Assembly: GCA_963824495.1 (NCBI GenBank)
Contig: CAWGPQ010000006.1
Coordinates: 1 to 64,000, forward strand
Length of the DNA stretch: 64,000 bases
Direction of reading: 5' to 3'
From: an uncultured bacterium
GTDB taxonomy: Bacteria; Babelota; Babeliae; Babelales; Babelaceae
In this document: in pieces, positions 21,915 through 33,153 of the stretch
How positions within the stretch are numbered: the stretch's first letter is position 1
How the letters are laid out: each line of letters begins with the position of its first letter
Program-made: the position numbers and the translations under genes
Notes under the pieces: model-generated
The model's database searches: none
Seen by the model: only the letters and a program-made list of their open reading frames with translations
Told to the model about the DNA's origin: nothing

Positions 21915-22371
21915 ACTAGAGTTCCCGCTCAGACCTATGACGAGATATTAAAGAAACGTGGAATTCACTGGCAATAGAGGCACTTCTAGCTGCCGCAGGC
22001 ATAGGTACAGCATTTGGCATAACAGAGGCCATTGATAGGTGCAAAAGCCGTGATCTTATTATAGCAAGTGACGGTTGCCTATCTTGCGGTAGAAAAGAAA
22101 CAAGAACAGGACCAAGGAACTGAATAATTACGATTAGATAAATCTTAAAAAAATAATATTTTACTATTATTTAGCTAAATTAAAACTTATTATTGCAGTT
22201 CAGCATAAATATTTGTTATTGTAGTATTAAGTAAATCAAAATAAAAGAAGGAAAGTAAAATGAAAAATACACGTATTGCTTTAGGTATCATAATTCTCAC
22301 AGGTTTTAGTCAGTATTGTAGCGCTTATACTTGGAATGTAATAAATCTGACTGGTCACCCTGCAACTATTA
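21735..22371 (+). repeat. 637-bp direct repeat, copy 2
   Basis: Identical by eye to 20715-21351. Confidence 0.9.
21980..22127 (+). pseudogene. Start-less C-terminal fragment of the tandem family (copy 2)
   Basis: Lies within the duplicated block; same sequence as 20960-21107. Confidence 0.8.
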
Positions 22372-22784
22372 AAATTAAGCTTGCAGGGTGCAAGGGCGAC
22401 GGAATTTCAAATCCTGATTCACCTCACAAGAACCCTATACCACCTTCACCTGATTTGAAGCATGCTGTAAAGATCCCCTTCACCGCAGAAAAAAGGTACC
22501 AAAAAAATTGTTGCATCGCGGGAGTCCAAGTTAATGGAAAAGATGTTCACTTTAGTGCCATATCAAAAGAGCAATTTCGCTTAGTCCCATCTATCTCTGG
22601 CCCAACCTCATTTGTTGCTGGTGTTGCAGCGGAGGCAGAGGCGGCAGCGATTCCATTAGCGACTGCGGGCGTAGGCGCAGCATTTGGCATAACAGAGGCC
22701 ATTGATAGGTGCAAAAGCCGTGATTTAATTGTCGCAACTGATGGTGCCTATCTTGTGGTAGAAAAGAAACAAGAAGCTGCCTAA
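22260..22784 (+). CDS. Secreted hypothetical protein, tandem family member 3
   Basis: Same conserved blocks, shortest hydrophobic core, ends VEKKQEAA. Confidence 0.8.
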   Translation: MKNTRIALGIIILTGFSQYCSAYTWNVINLTGHPATIKIKLAGCKGDGISNPDSPHKNPIPPSPDLKHAVKIPFTAEKRYQKNCCIAGVQVNGKDVHFSAISKEQFRLVPSISGPTSFVAGVAAEAEAAAIPLATAGVGAAFGITEAIDRCKSRDLIVATDGAYLVVEKKQEAA

Positions 22785-22824
22785 TATTGGGAACAAAAAC
22801 TGAATAACTTAAAAGGTTAATACG

Positions 22825-23409
22825 ATGAAGATAAACTTATTAATGACGCTCGTCATCGCAACTCTTATAGGTTTTAGTCATTACTGTAGCGCTTATACTT
22901 GGAACGTAATAAACCTAACGGGTATACCTTTAAATATTAAGATTAAGCTTGATCGATGTAAGGGCGAAAATCCTTGGAAAAACGTTCAGCCTTCATCGCT
23001 AGCTAATCCAAAGGGGATTCTTATAACTCCAAGTAAACCATACCAACAAGGTTGCTGTATTGCTGGTGTACAAATAGGTATACCAGAAAAAGGCACAAAT
23101 ACGATAAGGTGGAAAGACATTGAGTTTAAGGCTATATCACATGATCAATTGACTAGGGTCATGGCTTTACCTGGGGGTATTACTGGAGCCACAACTATTG
23201 CAGGTCCAATAGAACTTGCAGCACTAGCTGAAATACCTGTTGCAGCTGCCGCTTTACCTGTAGCTATGCTAGGGACACTCCTATTTGCTGCAGGCGCAGG
23301 CGCAGCATTCGGCATAACAGAAGCAATTGATAGATGCAAAAGCCGTGATCTTATCGTCGCAAGTGATGGTGCCTATCTTGTTGTAGAAAAGAAGCAAGAA
23401 GCTGAATAA
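22825..23409 (+). CDS. Secreted hypothetical protein, tandem family member 4
   Basis: Same conserved blocks, ends VEKKQEAE. Confidence 0.8.
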   Translation: MKINLLMTLVIATLIGFSHYCSAYTWNVINLTGIPLNIKIKLDRCKGENPWKNVQPSSLANPKGILITPSKPYQQGCCIAGVQIGIPEKGTNTIRWKDIEFKAISHDQLTRVMALPGGITGATTIAGPIELAALAEIPVAAAALPVAMLGTLLFAAGAGAAFGITEAIDRCKSRDLIVASDGAYLVVEKKQEAE

Positions 23410-23428
23410 TACCGTCAAGAAATACAGA

Positions 23429-25216
23429 TTATTTTGTACTTTTCTTATCGTGATCTTCGGGCATAAGCTGAAGACGATAGTCAGCAAGTTTACGAGCGTT
23501 AACAGGTGTAGGAGCATTCATAAGAGGATCATAGCCTGTTTGCGTCTTAGGAAATGCAATAACATCACGTATCGATGGACACTTCAGCAAGAGCATGATT
23601 AAGCGATCAATGCCTAATGCAATACCCCCATGCGGAGGAAAACCAAGTTCTTGTGCTTCTAAAAGAAAGCCAAAATGATCACGCATTTCAGTCTCATTAA
23701 AACCAAGAAAATCAAATACTTTGCGTTGCGTTTCAGGGTTATAAATACGTATAGAGCCACCACCTAATTCTACGCCATTAAGCACAATATCATAAGAGCG
23801 AGCCTTTATATCTTGGGGTTTCTTAAGCTCCCAATCTTCTTGTGGTGCAGTAAAAGGATGATGAACAGAGGCCCATCTCTTAGTTTCAGTGTCATATTCG
23901 AGTAATGGGAAGTCAGTTATCCATAAAAGCCGTAGCTGGTCATGAGGTATCCGATTAAGTGCATGAGCAAGCTGTAGACGCAGGCGGCCCAAATGTGTCC
24001 AGGCTTCTTTATAGGGGCCGGCGACTAAGAATAACGTATCGCCTGGTCCAACGCCAGGGAGAACTGTTGTAACCAATTCTAAAAAATGAGCGGGAAGGAA
24101 ACGCGCTATCGGTGCTTCAGCGTGACCTTGCTCGTTAAAGCGAATCCAGAGCAATCCCTGTGCACCATTTTTACGTGTTTTTTCTACCCATGACTCAAGT
24201 TCTGAGCGGCTAAAGGGATGCTTTTGTATATGTAGAGCACCTATAATACCACCCTGATTAAGAACAGAGCGTAAAAAGCTTATATTCGTATCGCTAAATA
24301 CTGTACTCAAATCATGAATTTTCATCTCAAAGCGCACATCAGGCTTATCTGATCCATATAGATTAAACGCTGTATCATAGGTCATACGTTGAAAGGGCGC
24401 GTGAATTTCGATATTAAAAATTTTCTTAAAAATATAGACAAGTAAGCGCTCAATAAGTACTTGAATATCAGCTTCGTTTATAAATGACATTTCAAGGTCA
24501 AGCTGGGTGAACTCAGGCTGTCGATCCGCACGTAAATCTTCGTCACGAAAGCAACGAGCAATTTGAAAGTAACGTTCAATGCCCCCAGCCATTAAAAGTT
24601 GTTTATAGAGCTGAGGTGATTGCGGTAGTGCGTAAAACGAGCCTTTAGCTATACGCGAAGGAACTAAAAACTCACGTGCTCCTTCGGCAGTATTTTTCGT
24701 AAGAATAGGCGTTTCTACCTCGTAGAATCCCTCATGAGTTAAAAATTCACGTATCGCAAATACCAAAAGATGGCGTGTTTTTATGCGGTACTGCATAAGA
24801 GGTCTGCGCAAGTCCAAATAACGATATTTTAATCGTAGCTCTTCATCGACAGCGTCAGCATCTTCAAGCGCAAAGGGGAGAGTTTTTGACTTATTATATA
24901 TTGTAAGTGTTTGCACTTGTAGTTCAAGAGCACCTGTGGGAATCGTAGGATTAATAGTGTCAAGTGGTCGCAGAGCAACGGTACCGGTAACGCCTATAAC
25001 ATATTCTGAGCGTAAGGTGTGAGCGAGTGCACGAGCATCAGCTGAAAAATCTTTGCTAAACACAACCTGCATAATACCGCTACGGTCACGCAAATCGACA
25101 AAGATAAGGCTACCATGATCACGTCGCTTTTGAACCCAACCGACTAATGTAATTGCCTGACCTAACATCTGCTCAGTAACTGTACCGCAGCCCGTAGTGC
25201 GCTCAAAGTAGTCCAT
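23429..25216 (-). CDS. aspS: Aspartate--tRNA ligase
   Basis: GWVQKRRDHGSLIFVDLRDRSG, ALPQSPQLYKQLLM, FRDEDLRADRQPEFTQLD, HHPFTAP, GGGSIRI, PPHGGIALGIDR; ATG at 25216 with AAGGGA RBS. Confidence 0.97.
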   Translation of the reverse strand: MDYFERTTGCGTVTEQMLGQAITLVGWVQKRRDHGSLIFVDLRDRSGIMQVVFSKDFSADARALAHTLRSEYVIGVTGTVALRPLDTINPTIPTGALELQVQTLTIYNKSKTLPFALEDADAVDEELRLKYRYLDLRRPLMQYRIKTRHLLVFAIREFLTHEGFYEVETPILTKNTAEGAREFLVPSRIAKGSFYALPQSPQLYKQLLMAGGIERYFQIARCFRDEDLRADRQPEFTQLDLEMSFINEADIQVLIERLLVYIFKKIFNIEIHAPFQRMTYDTAFNLYGSDKPDVRFEMKIHDLSTVFSDTNISFLRSVLNQGGIIGALHIQKHPFSRSELESWVEKTRKNGAQGLLWIRFNEQGHAEAPIARFLPAHFLELVTTVLPGVGPGDTLFLVAGPYKEAWTHLGRLRLQLAHALNRIPHDQLRLLWITDFPLLEYDTETKRWASVHHPFTAPQEDWELKKPQDIKARSYDIVLNGVELGGGSIRIYNPETQRKVFDFLGFNETEMRDHFGFLLEAQELGFPPHGGIALGIDRLIMLLLKCPSIRDVIAFPKTQTGYDPLMNAPTPVNARKLADYRLQLMPEDHDKKSTK

Positions 25217-25270
25217 TGAGTTCCCTTTATCAAGAGCTAGAGATAAACACATAATAGTTTATCATGAAAG

Positions 25271-27385
25271 TTAAAACTTGTATTCAACACCTATACTTAA
25301 CGTAAACGCTGGATCATGACCTAATATAGCAACTCGCTCTGCAGGCTTACGCTTATCTTTCTCGATATTGTTTTTTCCACCATCCAAATACTCGATATAC
25401 TTCTCCTGAGCTTTATTAAGCGGAACATGCCTCATATCTCTAAAATGAGAGCCAGGAATAAAGAGCGATCCAACAAAAAAGAACTTAAGATCATCAAGCA
25501 ATAAACGTTCAGCAAATAAGTTAAGCTCTGTGCCCAAAAATTTTCCTGCAGTTTTAACTGGTGATGCTCTTTTATGATCACTATGTGCATCAGCTTCAAG
25601 AAGATCAAATCTTCTGGTAGGAGCATATTGCCAATAAGCAAGAATATTAGGATTAACTTCAAAGGGATACTTGCCTGCAGGTAATTTAAAGTAAAGCCCA
25701 GCGCCCGTAAAAATTAAATTCATAAAGCGCACAACGACGGTAGGAAAATGATCATCAAGTTTTCCTACGGGAACCGAGAGTAGTCGTGGAACTTTGCCAC
25801 TTCCACTCAAGAAGAAAGCACTTTTTACGCGAAGACCGGTATATAATTCCTGTAGGCTAATAAAGCCCTTAAACTTTTTGTCTTCATGGGAATCATGTAA
25901 ATCTTTATGATCTTTATTAGGATGATCATCGCCTGTGGCAAATCCTGCTGTTACAGCAAGCTTAAGAGCCCGCTTATAAAGCCAATACGATATATCACCA
26001 ACAAACATTGCGCCGTGAAATGTATTACAATACGAATCAGTAAACCGGTGCTCAGCATTTTTAATGTGATCATGCCCGTACTCGGGGATTTTTTTCGCAT
26101 TATGCTCTGTATCTTGAGGGGCGTTATTAATTACTTCCTGGCGCTCTTTTTTAAATATTGCTTTTTCACCCGGCTTATCTGGTTCAAGAGCATGGTCGGT
26201 GGCTAAAACGTGACTATTGACAAAGAAATCGGCGCCATCTCTGATCTCTTCGATAATAGTATTTCTATCGCGCTTCTTTACCTCTTGATTACCAACATTA
26301 AAAGCAGTATCAAAACCAAATTCCCAGTTACCAAATTCTGCTTCAACAGCCAATCCAAGTGTACCTAACTTAGAATGTGCATCGCCAATAAATTCTATTT
26401 TTTGCTCACGTTGTTCTGTAAAAAGAGCATACGGTTCAAATGAAAGCTTTTTACCTGGTTCAGTAAACGGAAGCCAAAATAAACGTCCTGCAATAATATA
26501 GTTAATTTTACCAAAACCACGTGCTGGATCAAACCGGGATCCAACTATTTGTGTTCTTACCCTCTCAGCTATATTATCAAGTGTATCGGCTCTATTAAGC
26601 GCTATCTCTGCGTAGATATCGTATTTTATATTATATTTTTTCCAAAGATCGCCTGAGATCTTAAATCCTGGAGCAAACTGATCAATGGCATTAGGAGAAT
26701 AATACCCAATAAAATCAGGATCGACACCGTAGGCAGATCCAAGTGCTATACCTCGCCCAAGTTCAAAAGGAAAGTATCCCATCGTTAACCGGTGCTTAGG
26801 CTCGCACGTAAGCCCTAGTATGTCATTAATAGATATCTCAAGCCATAGTTCACGAATCCAGAGCAAGTGTCGTGGTAAGAAGTGAAAGTGCTCACCGCTG
26901 GTAGCCTCAAGATGTCTTATGCCCGTAAAGCTTGTAGCAAATATTTCAGGTGCTCCCCAATTAGCTTTGTTACGTATTGTACTCTTAAAGACAAGAACAT
27001 CGCATCGATGCGACGCCCGACCGTAAATATACTGAAAATTAAAATCAAGAGTGTGACGACCGGGTATAAGTATGCGGTCAAGAATGGGCGATTTTATGTT
27101 ATTTTCATGATTTAAAAATTTAAGATTATTGGCATAAAGCCCATCAATGCGCAATTTCGTATAAAACTCCCAGCAGCTATCTCCCAAAACGCCTGAAAGT
27201 GGCATCTTCTTAATAGGATCTTTCGTTAGACTCAGAGCTGTCTCATCAGTAGTAAAAGGAGGTTTAATTTCCTCTTCGGTTACTGAAAGACGTTGATTCT
27301 TGTCTGATGTTTGAGCACGCAATGAGCTTGCTAAAAAAACTCCACAAGTCACCGTGAATAGCCACAGTGACATACGCCTAATCAT
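25271..27385 (-). CDS. Probable outer-membrane beta-barrel protein
   Basis: Signal peptide, alternating amphipathic strands, C-terminal beta-signal-like LSIGVEYKF. Confidence 0.55.
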   Translation of the reverse strand: MIRRMSLWLFTVTCGVFLASSLRAQTSDKNQRLSVTEEEIKPPFTTDETALSLTKDPIKKMPLSGVLGDSCWEFYTKLRIDGLYANNLKFLNHENNIKSPILDRILIPGRHTLDFNFQYIYGRASHRCDVLVFKSTIRNKANWGAPEIFATSFTGIRHLEATSGEHFHFLPRHLLWIRELWLEISINDILGLTCEPKHRLTMGYFPFELGRGIALGSAYGVDPDFIGYYSPNAIDQFAPGFKISGDLWKKYNIKYDIYAEIALNRADTLDNIAERVRTQIVGSRFDPARGFGKINYIIAGRLFWLPFTEPGKKLSFEPYALFTEQREQKIEFIGDAHSKLGTLGLAVEAEFGNWEFGFDTAFNVGNQEVKKRDRNTIIEEIRDGADFFVNSHVLATDHALEPDKPGEKAIFKKERQEVINNAPQDTEHNAKKIPEYGHDHIKNAEHRFTDSYCNTFHGAMFVGDISYWLYKRALKLAVTAGFATGDDHPNKDHKDLHDSHEDKKFKGFISLQELYTGLRVKSAFFLSGSGKVPRLLSVPVGKLDDHFPTVVVRFMNLIFTGAGLYFKLPAGKYPFEVNPNILAYWQYAPTRRFDLLEADAHSDHKRASPVKTAGKFLGTELNLFAERLLLDDLKFFFVGSLFIPGSHFRDMRHVPLNKAQEKYIEYLDGGKNNIEKDKRKPAERVAILGHDPAFTLSIGVEYKF

Positions 27386-27559
27386 AAATTCTCCTCAATG
27401 CACGTACCCTGGGATGATCTGGATCATTTTAAAGTTAATGTTTTTGTTTAATTTGTCAATTAACACATCATTGAGTATCTTCAAGAGTATCTTCAAATAC
27501 TTATGTTAGATGCACAAGACAGTTATTTTTTCAGCTTGTTTCTAGAAGGGTATTATTTC

Positions 27560-28465
27560 ATGAAATATAAAAAATCACAGTTACTTATTGGTGCACATAT
27601 GTCAATTCAAGGTGGCCTTGAAAATGCTCTTATAGAGGGTGAGCAACTTGATTGCACCGCTATTCAAATGTTTACCCATAGTAACAGACAGTGGTCCATG
27701 CGAGAGCTTACCGAACGTCAAATAGAACAATTTAGACAAACTGCAGAACGTTCAACTATCGAAAGTATTGTTGCACACGCAAGCTATCTTCTTAACTTAG
27801 GCAGCCCAAACGCTGAAACACGTGCTAAGTCAGCTTACGCTGTTGGACAAGAATTACAACGCTGCGACCAATTGGGCATACCATATTTAGTTATACACCC
27901 GGGAGCACGCCTGACATCTTCACCATCTGATTGTATAGCGCGGATTGCCGATAGTGTTAACGTGATACTTGCAGCAATCAAAAACACAACACTCTTGGTA
28001 TTTGAAAATATGGCAGGTCAGGGAAGCACGATTGGGGATCGGTTTGAGCAACTTGCTTTAATTCGTGAAAAAATTGAACACAAAGAACGTATAGGGTTTT
28101 GCTTTGATACCTGCCATGGCTTTGCTGCAGGCTATAATTTCAGCACGCCTGATTCTTATGAGCAGCTATGGCACGATTTTGATCGTATACTTGGCTTACA
28201 GCACCTAAAAGTTATACACATGAATGACTCGAAAAAAGCTCAAGGATCACATCTCGATCGCCATGAGACCATTGGTCATGGTTTTATTGGCCTTGAGGCA
28301 TTTCGGCTTATTATGAACGACTCACGATTTTTTACCATACCCAAGATTTTAGAAACACCAAAAGGTACAACACATGAAGAGGCTATGCGTTATGACCAGC
28401 GTAACCTAGCGACGCTTAAAAGTCTTCTATCAGAGAGAACACGTGTGCTTCTTCATGTAGCTTAA
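27560..28465 (+). CDS. nfo: Endonuclease IV
   Basis: IGAHMSIQGG, HASYLLNLGS, HPG, ENMAGQG, CFDTCH, HMNDSK, DRHE, ILETP. Confidence 0.95.
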   Translation: MKYKKSQLLIGAHMSIQGGLENALIEGEQLDCTAIQMFTHSNRQWSMRELTERQIEQFRQTAERSTIESIVAHASYLLNLGSPNAETRAKSAYAVGQELQRCDQLGIPYLVIHPGARLTSSPSDCIARIADSVNVILAAIKNTTLLVFENMAGQGSTIGDRFEQLALIREKIEHKERIGFCFDTCHGFAAGYNFSTPDSYEQLWHDFDRILGLQHLKVIHMNDSKKAQGSHLDRHETIGHGFIGLEAFRLIMNDSRFFTIPKILETPKGTTHEEAMRYDQRNLATLKSLLSERTRVLLHVA

Positions 28466-28522
28466 TATTAGCTTAATATGAGCACGAAAAGGCAAGCACA
28501 TCTTGACAGAACTAGTACTACA

Positions 28523-29764
28523 CTAGTACTGCAGTACTTCTAATTGACTAGCAGAAAATAGCGAACTATATAGTGTCATAAGCCTATCAAGCTCAGTCTC
28601 GATTCTTGGAAGGTCAAGCTCTGTACTTGCATATCGCCCTTCGTTATTGGCAAATAATGGATCGCGAAGCTTTTGTATGTCCTCTGTAGCTATACTAAGA
28701 ACGCAAAAGTGTCTGAGACCTAATTGTTGGCTTATGGTCCAAAATGTCTCATCCAAGTGATATTGAAAGATTTCAATAACCATAGTCCCAGGACGAGCAA
28801 ATAGTAGATTGGTAAGTCCTGCCCCATGAGCTGCAATAATTAAATCCGCATGAGCAAAAATCTGAGCTTGTTCTTGTATCGAGTAATCTTCAAGTATAAT
28901 TGGCTGAATACCATAAGTATCTTTTAAAAGATTGACGAACGTAAGTTCGTTAGCAATTTTTCTTAATGGCGCGTTTTTCCGGGAGATAAAAATTTTATTA
29001 AAATTAGAGCACTTTTGCGTATTGATTTGCGTATTGACATGATTATTCAAAAAAGAATCCCTTAAAAACTTAATAACCCAATAGGGTGACACCGTCGAAA
29101 AAGAGGGAACAGAGGGAATAATTAAGAGATCGGGCTCAATACACGTTTCGTCGTTTCCTTCTAGTATTTGATCCGTAGTTATTCCCAAAGCATACAGACT
29201 ATCTTTTTGAAACGTATACTTAAGCTCCGGTACGTAAATATAGTCATAGCTTATATTTTCTTGCTCAAGTAGAGCAACGCGTGGTAGGATCTCTGTCATC
29301 CAGTGATAATAATTTCCTGACCCCGATTGCGCTATCACAGCTACACTACCCTTAATTTTTTTAGCGACTGGTAAAGCTAGATCTCTGCTAAAGAGGGGTT
29401 TAGTGAGATCTTCCCAATCCCATATTGTGTCAAGAAAGAATTTTTTCTTTCTATGTTCCTCCAGTAATATATAGCCCTGGTTTCCGAAAACTTGTGCATT
29501 TTCTAAGCTTATTATAAATGTTTCGGGGAAAACACCCTCAATATCAGCGGGAGATCTATCGTCTAAAATAACTTCTCTATCAAGGGGGAATGCAAGATAA
29601 CGAAAATATTTTCTCTCATTAAGCAATCGATATTCTTTTGAACAAGGGATAAGCTGGTTTACAGAAAGAAAAAGTGAGTTAGGATTAAGCTTAAGCAATC
29701 GTGGATATCCCCAGCTATTGCTAAAACATACTACCATAACAATCATTAACCAGACTGGTATCAC
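28523..29764 (-). CDS. Glycosyltransferase family 61 (DUF563)
   Basis: NYYHWMTEILPR, IFISR, EQAQIF...IAAHGAGLTNLLF..PGT.VIEIF. Confidence 0.85.
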   Translation of the reverse strand: MIPVWLMIVMVVCFSNSWGYPRLLKLNPNSLFLSVNQLIPCSKEYRLLNERKYFRYLAFPLDREVILDDRSPADIEGVFPETFIISLENAQVFGNQGYILLEEHRKKKFFLDTIWDWEDLTKPLFSRDLALPVAKKIKGSVAVIAQSGSGNYYHWMTEILPRVALLEQENISYDYIYVPELKYTFQKDSLYALGITTDQILEGNDETCIEPDLLIIPSVPSFSTVSPYWVIKFLRDSFLNNHVNTQINTQKCSNFNKIFISRKNAPLRKIANELTFVNLLKDTYGIQPIILEDYSIQEQAQIFAHADLIIAAHGAGLTNLLFARPGTMVIEIFQYHLDETFWTISQQLGLRHFCVLSIATEDIQKLRDPLFANNEGRYASTELDLPRIETELDRLMTLYSSLFSASQLEVLQY

Positions 29765-30108
29765 TATTGTATCCGCCTCGTAACAAATTCCGGGAGCTAT
29801 CTATCAAGACAGCAATAGTTAAAGATTCTTGGTAACGCCTCCTTGAACCTTTAACTATTACTTTCTTAAAAGCAGTGCTTCGTAACCAATACTACCTTTG
29901 CGTACCACGTAAAGGAGTAAGAAGGTTAGGGTATTTTTTAAACCACCTTCATAATGAAGCCTCTTTAGCTTCGCCGCATAAGCAAAAAAAAACAATCGTA
30001 TTACGAGAGCTAAAAGGGCAACAACAAGAAAAAGAATTCGCCGTATTATCAAATATAGGACATTATTGTTGCTTTAAAGGCAATGTTCCTCAAAAAGCAA
30101 CTACCCAC

Positions 30109-31125
30109 TTATGCCTTTTTATCTTTACATACAGCAACACCGCCAAGCAAACCATACCAGAGTAGTATGAAGAACAGTAGGTGTACCACGCTATATGCAA
30201 ATGTAATGCTTTTAATAGCTAGCAAAAGAGCATACAAGCCTAAGATAGCTGTTGCGCCTATAGTATAGAGCACGATAGAAGATTTAGACCAGCCATTCTG
30301 CTGCAAATATATAGAAAAGTGGTCGGGACTACCGTAATAAAAGGGAATATCTTTATAGAAGCGTATGAGTACAAGTGTCCCTACTTCAAGAAAAGGAATC
30401 AAGGCTATATATGAAGGTGCAGCGTAGCCATAGCTCGTATACGTAGCCCATGGAATACTTATTGATATACCGGCTAACAGTCCTCCTATATATAACGATC
30501 CAGCATCGCCAAGATGTATACAGGCCGGCGGATAATTAAACCATAGAAACCCCATTAATGCCCCAATAAAAGCAGCAAGCACAATAGCTAATGGAACATT
30601 GTTAAATAGAAGGGCACCAATAAGAAGATAGAAAGCATTACATGCAGCTAAAGCTGTTGCAAGACCATCCATAACGTCAACTAAGTTATAGGCATTTATA
30701 AGTGATACCATCCAAAAAAGCACAAGCAGAACGATACCACTCTGAGCTATCCCTGTTTGGCTCATCAAAAAACTTACCGTTGCGATTACCTGGCCTAAAA
30801 ATTTTTGATAAGGTTTTAAAACGTATAGATCGTCAATAAGACCGAGAAGAAGTAACGCTGTCGCATAGTACCAGAGCGTACAAAGATTTTGCGAGAGAGA
30901 GAGAGTTCTACTGCAAACGAGAAGTATTAGTGAAAATGTGAAAGCGCCATGAACAGCAATGCCTCCCAAATAGGGAACTGCTCGTGTATGTCTTTTAAGA
31001 TATCCGTCAGGTATATCCAGGATATTAAGCCTATGTGCTAGACGAGCACAGATTGGTACAAGAGCTCCAGCACCTACTAAGCCACCAAAGCTGGCTAGAA
31101 CTATGATGCTCTCAGAATCACCCAT
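30109..31125 (-). CDS. WecA/TagO-like undecaprenyl-phosphate sugar-1-phosphate transferase (MraY family)
   Basis: PYLGG, LGLIDD, NAYNLVDVMDGLA, GFLWFNYPPA.IHLGDAGS. Confidence 0.9.
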   Translation of the reverse strand: MGDSESIIVLASFGGLVGAGALVPICARLAHRLNILDIPDGYLKRHTRAVPYLGGIAVHGAFTFSLILLVCSRTLSLSQNLCTLWYYATALLLLGLIDDLYVLKPYQKFLGQVIATVSFLMSQTGIAQSGIVLLVLFWMVSLINAYNLVDVMDGLATALAACNAFYLLIGALLFNNVPLAIVLAAFIGALMGFLWFNYPPACIHLGDAGSLYIGGLLAGISISIPWATYTSYGYAAPSYIALIPFLEVGTLVLIRFYKDIPFYYGSPDHFSIYLQQNGWSKSSIVLYTIGATAILGLYALLLAIKSITFAYSVVHLLFFILLWYGLLGGVAVCKDKKA

Positions 31126-31137
31126 AAAAATGCTTTC

Positions 31138-33099
31138 CTATGGTGTCTCAGCTACTTCAAGATAACACTCTACACGATCATCAACTTGCCAATCGTCGAA
31201 TCCTTCAATAAGAAAGGCACACTCAAAACCTGCATGAACCTCTTTGACAGATTTTTTTTCTCGCTGAAGACTTTTAATAGGTCCTTCACCTATTTTATAT
31301 TTACCCCGCCAAACTGTTACTTTACCATCTCGAGAGCATCGCCCAGATTTAACGTGAGCCCCTGCAATAGTACCCAAATTTTTGATAACGAATACTTTAA
31401 CAACAACCGCCTCACCAGTTTTTTTAGTAACTTTTTTAGCTGGTTTTCCTTGTTCAACAAGAAAAGCAAGATCATCAAGAAGCTGATAGATAACGCCAAA
31501 TGTTTTGGTGCTAACGCCCAGCTTTTGAGCTAATGCGGCTGCTGTTGGCTCAACTTTACTATGCAGCGTATAAATAAGGGACTTGGTATCATGTGCTAAA
31601 ATAACATCACCTTCGGTTACCATCCCGACGGCGGCATGAACAACATACAGCTCCTTAAAAGCCTTGCCACCCATTTTGCCAATTGCCTCTAACAAGGCTT
31701 CTTGTGATGAGATCGTATCAGTTTTTATAACAAGATTAAGAGCATTCTCATGAAGTACTTGTCGAGCAAGAGCAGGCTTTTGCTCACGAGTACGTTCTCG
31801 CTTAAGCTCTTCTTGAGGGATAATTTCAAAAGGATCGCCAGCAGGTGGTAATTGCGTAAATCCCGAAACTTGTACGGGCTTTGAAGGGTAGGCTGCATCG
31901 ATACGCTTGCCCATATAATCAGTTAGAGAGCTCACACGCCCATACATATCCCCAGCTCTAAAATAATCTCCAACATGCAAAATACCATCATGTAGTATAA
32001 CGGTAGCTACTGACCCTCGCCCTTTCTCCATGCGTGATTCAAGAACGTAGCCACGAGCTAATACTTCAGTGTGAGCAGTTAATTCCATAAGCTGTGACTG
32101 CAAAATAATAAGATCAAGCAGTTCGTTAACACCTTGGCCAAGTTTAGCAGAAATAGGAACAACAACGGTTTGACCACCCCATTCTTCAGGTACAAGATCG
32201 TATTGTACTAAACCTCGCTTTACTGCTTCAATTTGCTGCGCTGTGGCCTTGTCAATTTTATTGATAGCAACAATAATCGGTAGTCCAACTGCTTTTGCAT
32301 GTTTAATAGCTTCTATTGTTTGTGGCATAATGCCATCATCGGCGGCAACAACAAGAATAGCTATATCAGCTACTCGTATGCCACGCTCTCGCATACGAGA
32401 GAATGCTTCATGGCCTGGCGTATCGAGAAACACAAGATTACCGTGAGGTGTATAGGCTTCATAAGCACCCAAGTGCTGTGTTATGCCACCTTTTTCTTTA
32501 GCTGCTACGCGCGTTTTTCGAATAAAATCAAGAAGTGTTGTTTTACCATGATCAACATGGCCGATAACTACAACAATAGGAAGTCGCGATTCTCGAGCTC
32601 CTTGCTCTATTTGTGCATGAGTATGATGGCTCAATGCTTTTTTCACAGCAGGTTCACTCGTTTTAATACCGTAATGCTGGGCTATTTGGCTAACAATTTT
32701 TTCTGATACTACCTGATTTTTATTGGCAGCAAAACCTTGGCGAAGAAGCATCAGAATGATTTCGCTAACAGGCTTACTTACGTGTGCTGCAAGGTCGGCT
32801 ATGGTCATGGGTTCAAGCGGCATAGCCACAGGCTCTAAAGGCTTAGCTTGGGACCGTGATGCCTCAGGAGAGCGTGAAGACGGCTGTGATGGAGTTGCTG
32901 TGACGGGAGCAGGCTCTTGAGCTGTGCTTATATGAGGAGTGCTAGGCTGATTGCTGTTCAGCTTTTTTTCAAGAAATGTTTGAGCATCTGGTGAGAGCAC
33001 AGACATATGACTTGCAATATCAAAGCCACCTTCTTGAAGTAGTTTGACAAGCTCTTTCGTGGGAAGCCCATATTTTTTAGAAAATTCGTATACGCGCAT
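31138..33099 (-). CDS. infB: Translation initiation factor IF-2
   Basis: MRVYEF N-domain, [30 protein letters not shown]. Confidence 0.97.
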   Translation of the reverse strand: MRVYEFSKKYGLPTKELVKLLQEGGFDIASHMSVLSPDAQTFLEKKLNSNQPSTPHISTAQEPAPVTATPSQPSSRSPEASRSQAKPLEPVAMPLEPMTIADLAAHVSKPVSEIILMLLRQGFAANKNQVVSEKIVSQIAQHYGIKTSEPAVKKALSHHTHAQIEQGARESRLPIVVVIGHVDHGKTTLLDFIRKTRVAAKEKGGITQHLGAYEAYTPHGNLVFLDTPGHEAFSRMRERGIRVADIAILVVAADDGIMPQTIEAIKHAKAVGLPIIVAINKIDKATAQQIEAVKRGLVQYDLVPEEWGGQTVVVPISAKLGQGVNELLDLIILQSQLMELTAHTEVLARGYVLESRMEKGRGSVATVILHDGILHVGDYFRAGDMYGRVSSLTDYMGKRIDAAYPSKPVQVSGFTQLPPAGDPFEIIPQEELKRERTREQKPALARQVLHENALNLVIKTDTISSQEALLEAIGKMGGKAFKELYVVHAAVGMVTEGDVILAHDTKSLIYTLHSKVEPTAAALAQKLGVSTKTFGVIYQLLDDLAFLVEQGKPAKKVTKKTGEAVVVKVFVIKNLGTIAGAHVKSGRCSRDGKVTVWRGKYKIGEGPIKSLQREKKSVKEVHAGFECAFLIEGFDDWQVDDRVECYLEVAETP

Positions 33100-33153
33100 T
33101 GTCATGTACGTTATGCCATTCGTGCTTTGTAGCAATAGCTCATTAATAGCTCA

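Noticed and set aside
20715..22371. Diversity-generating retroelement template/variable repeat pair
   Set aside because: Copies appear identical with no adenine-specific mismatches, and there is no reverse transcriptase in the window
29858..30052. Small hydrophobic ORF downstream of the WecA-like gene
   Set aside because: Weak TTG start and no recognisable motif; at most a gene remnant
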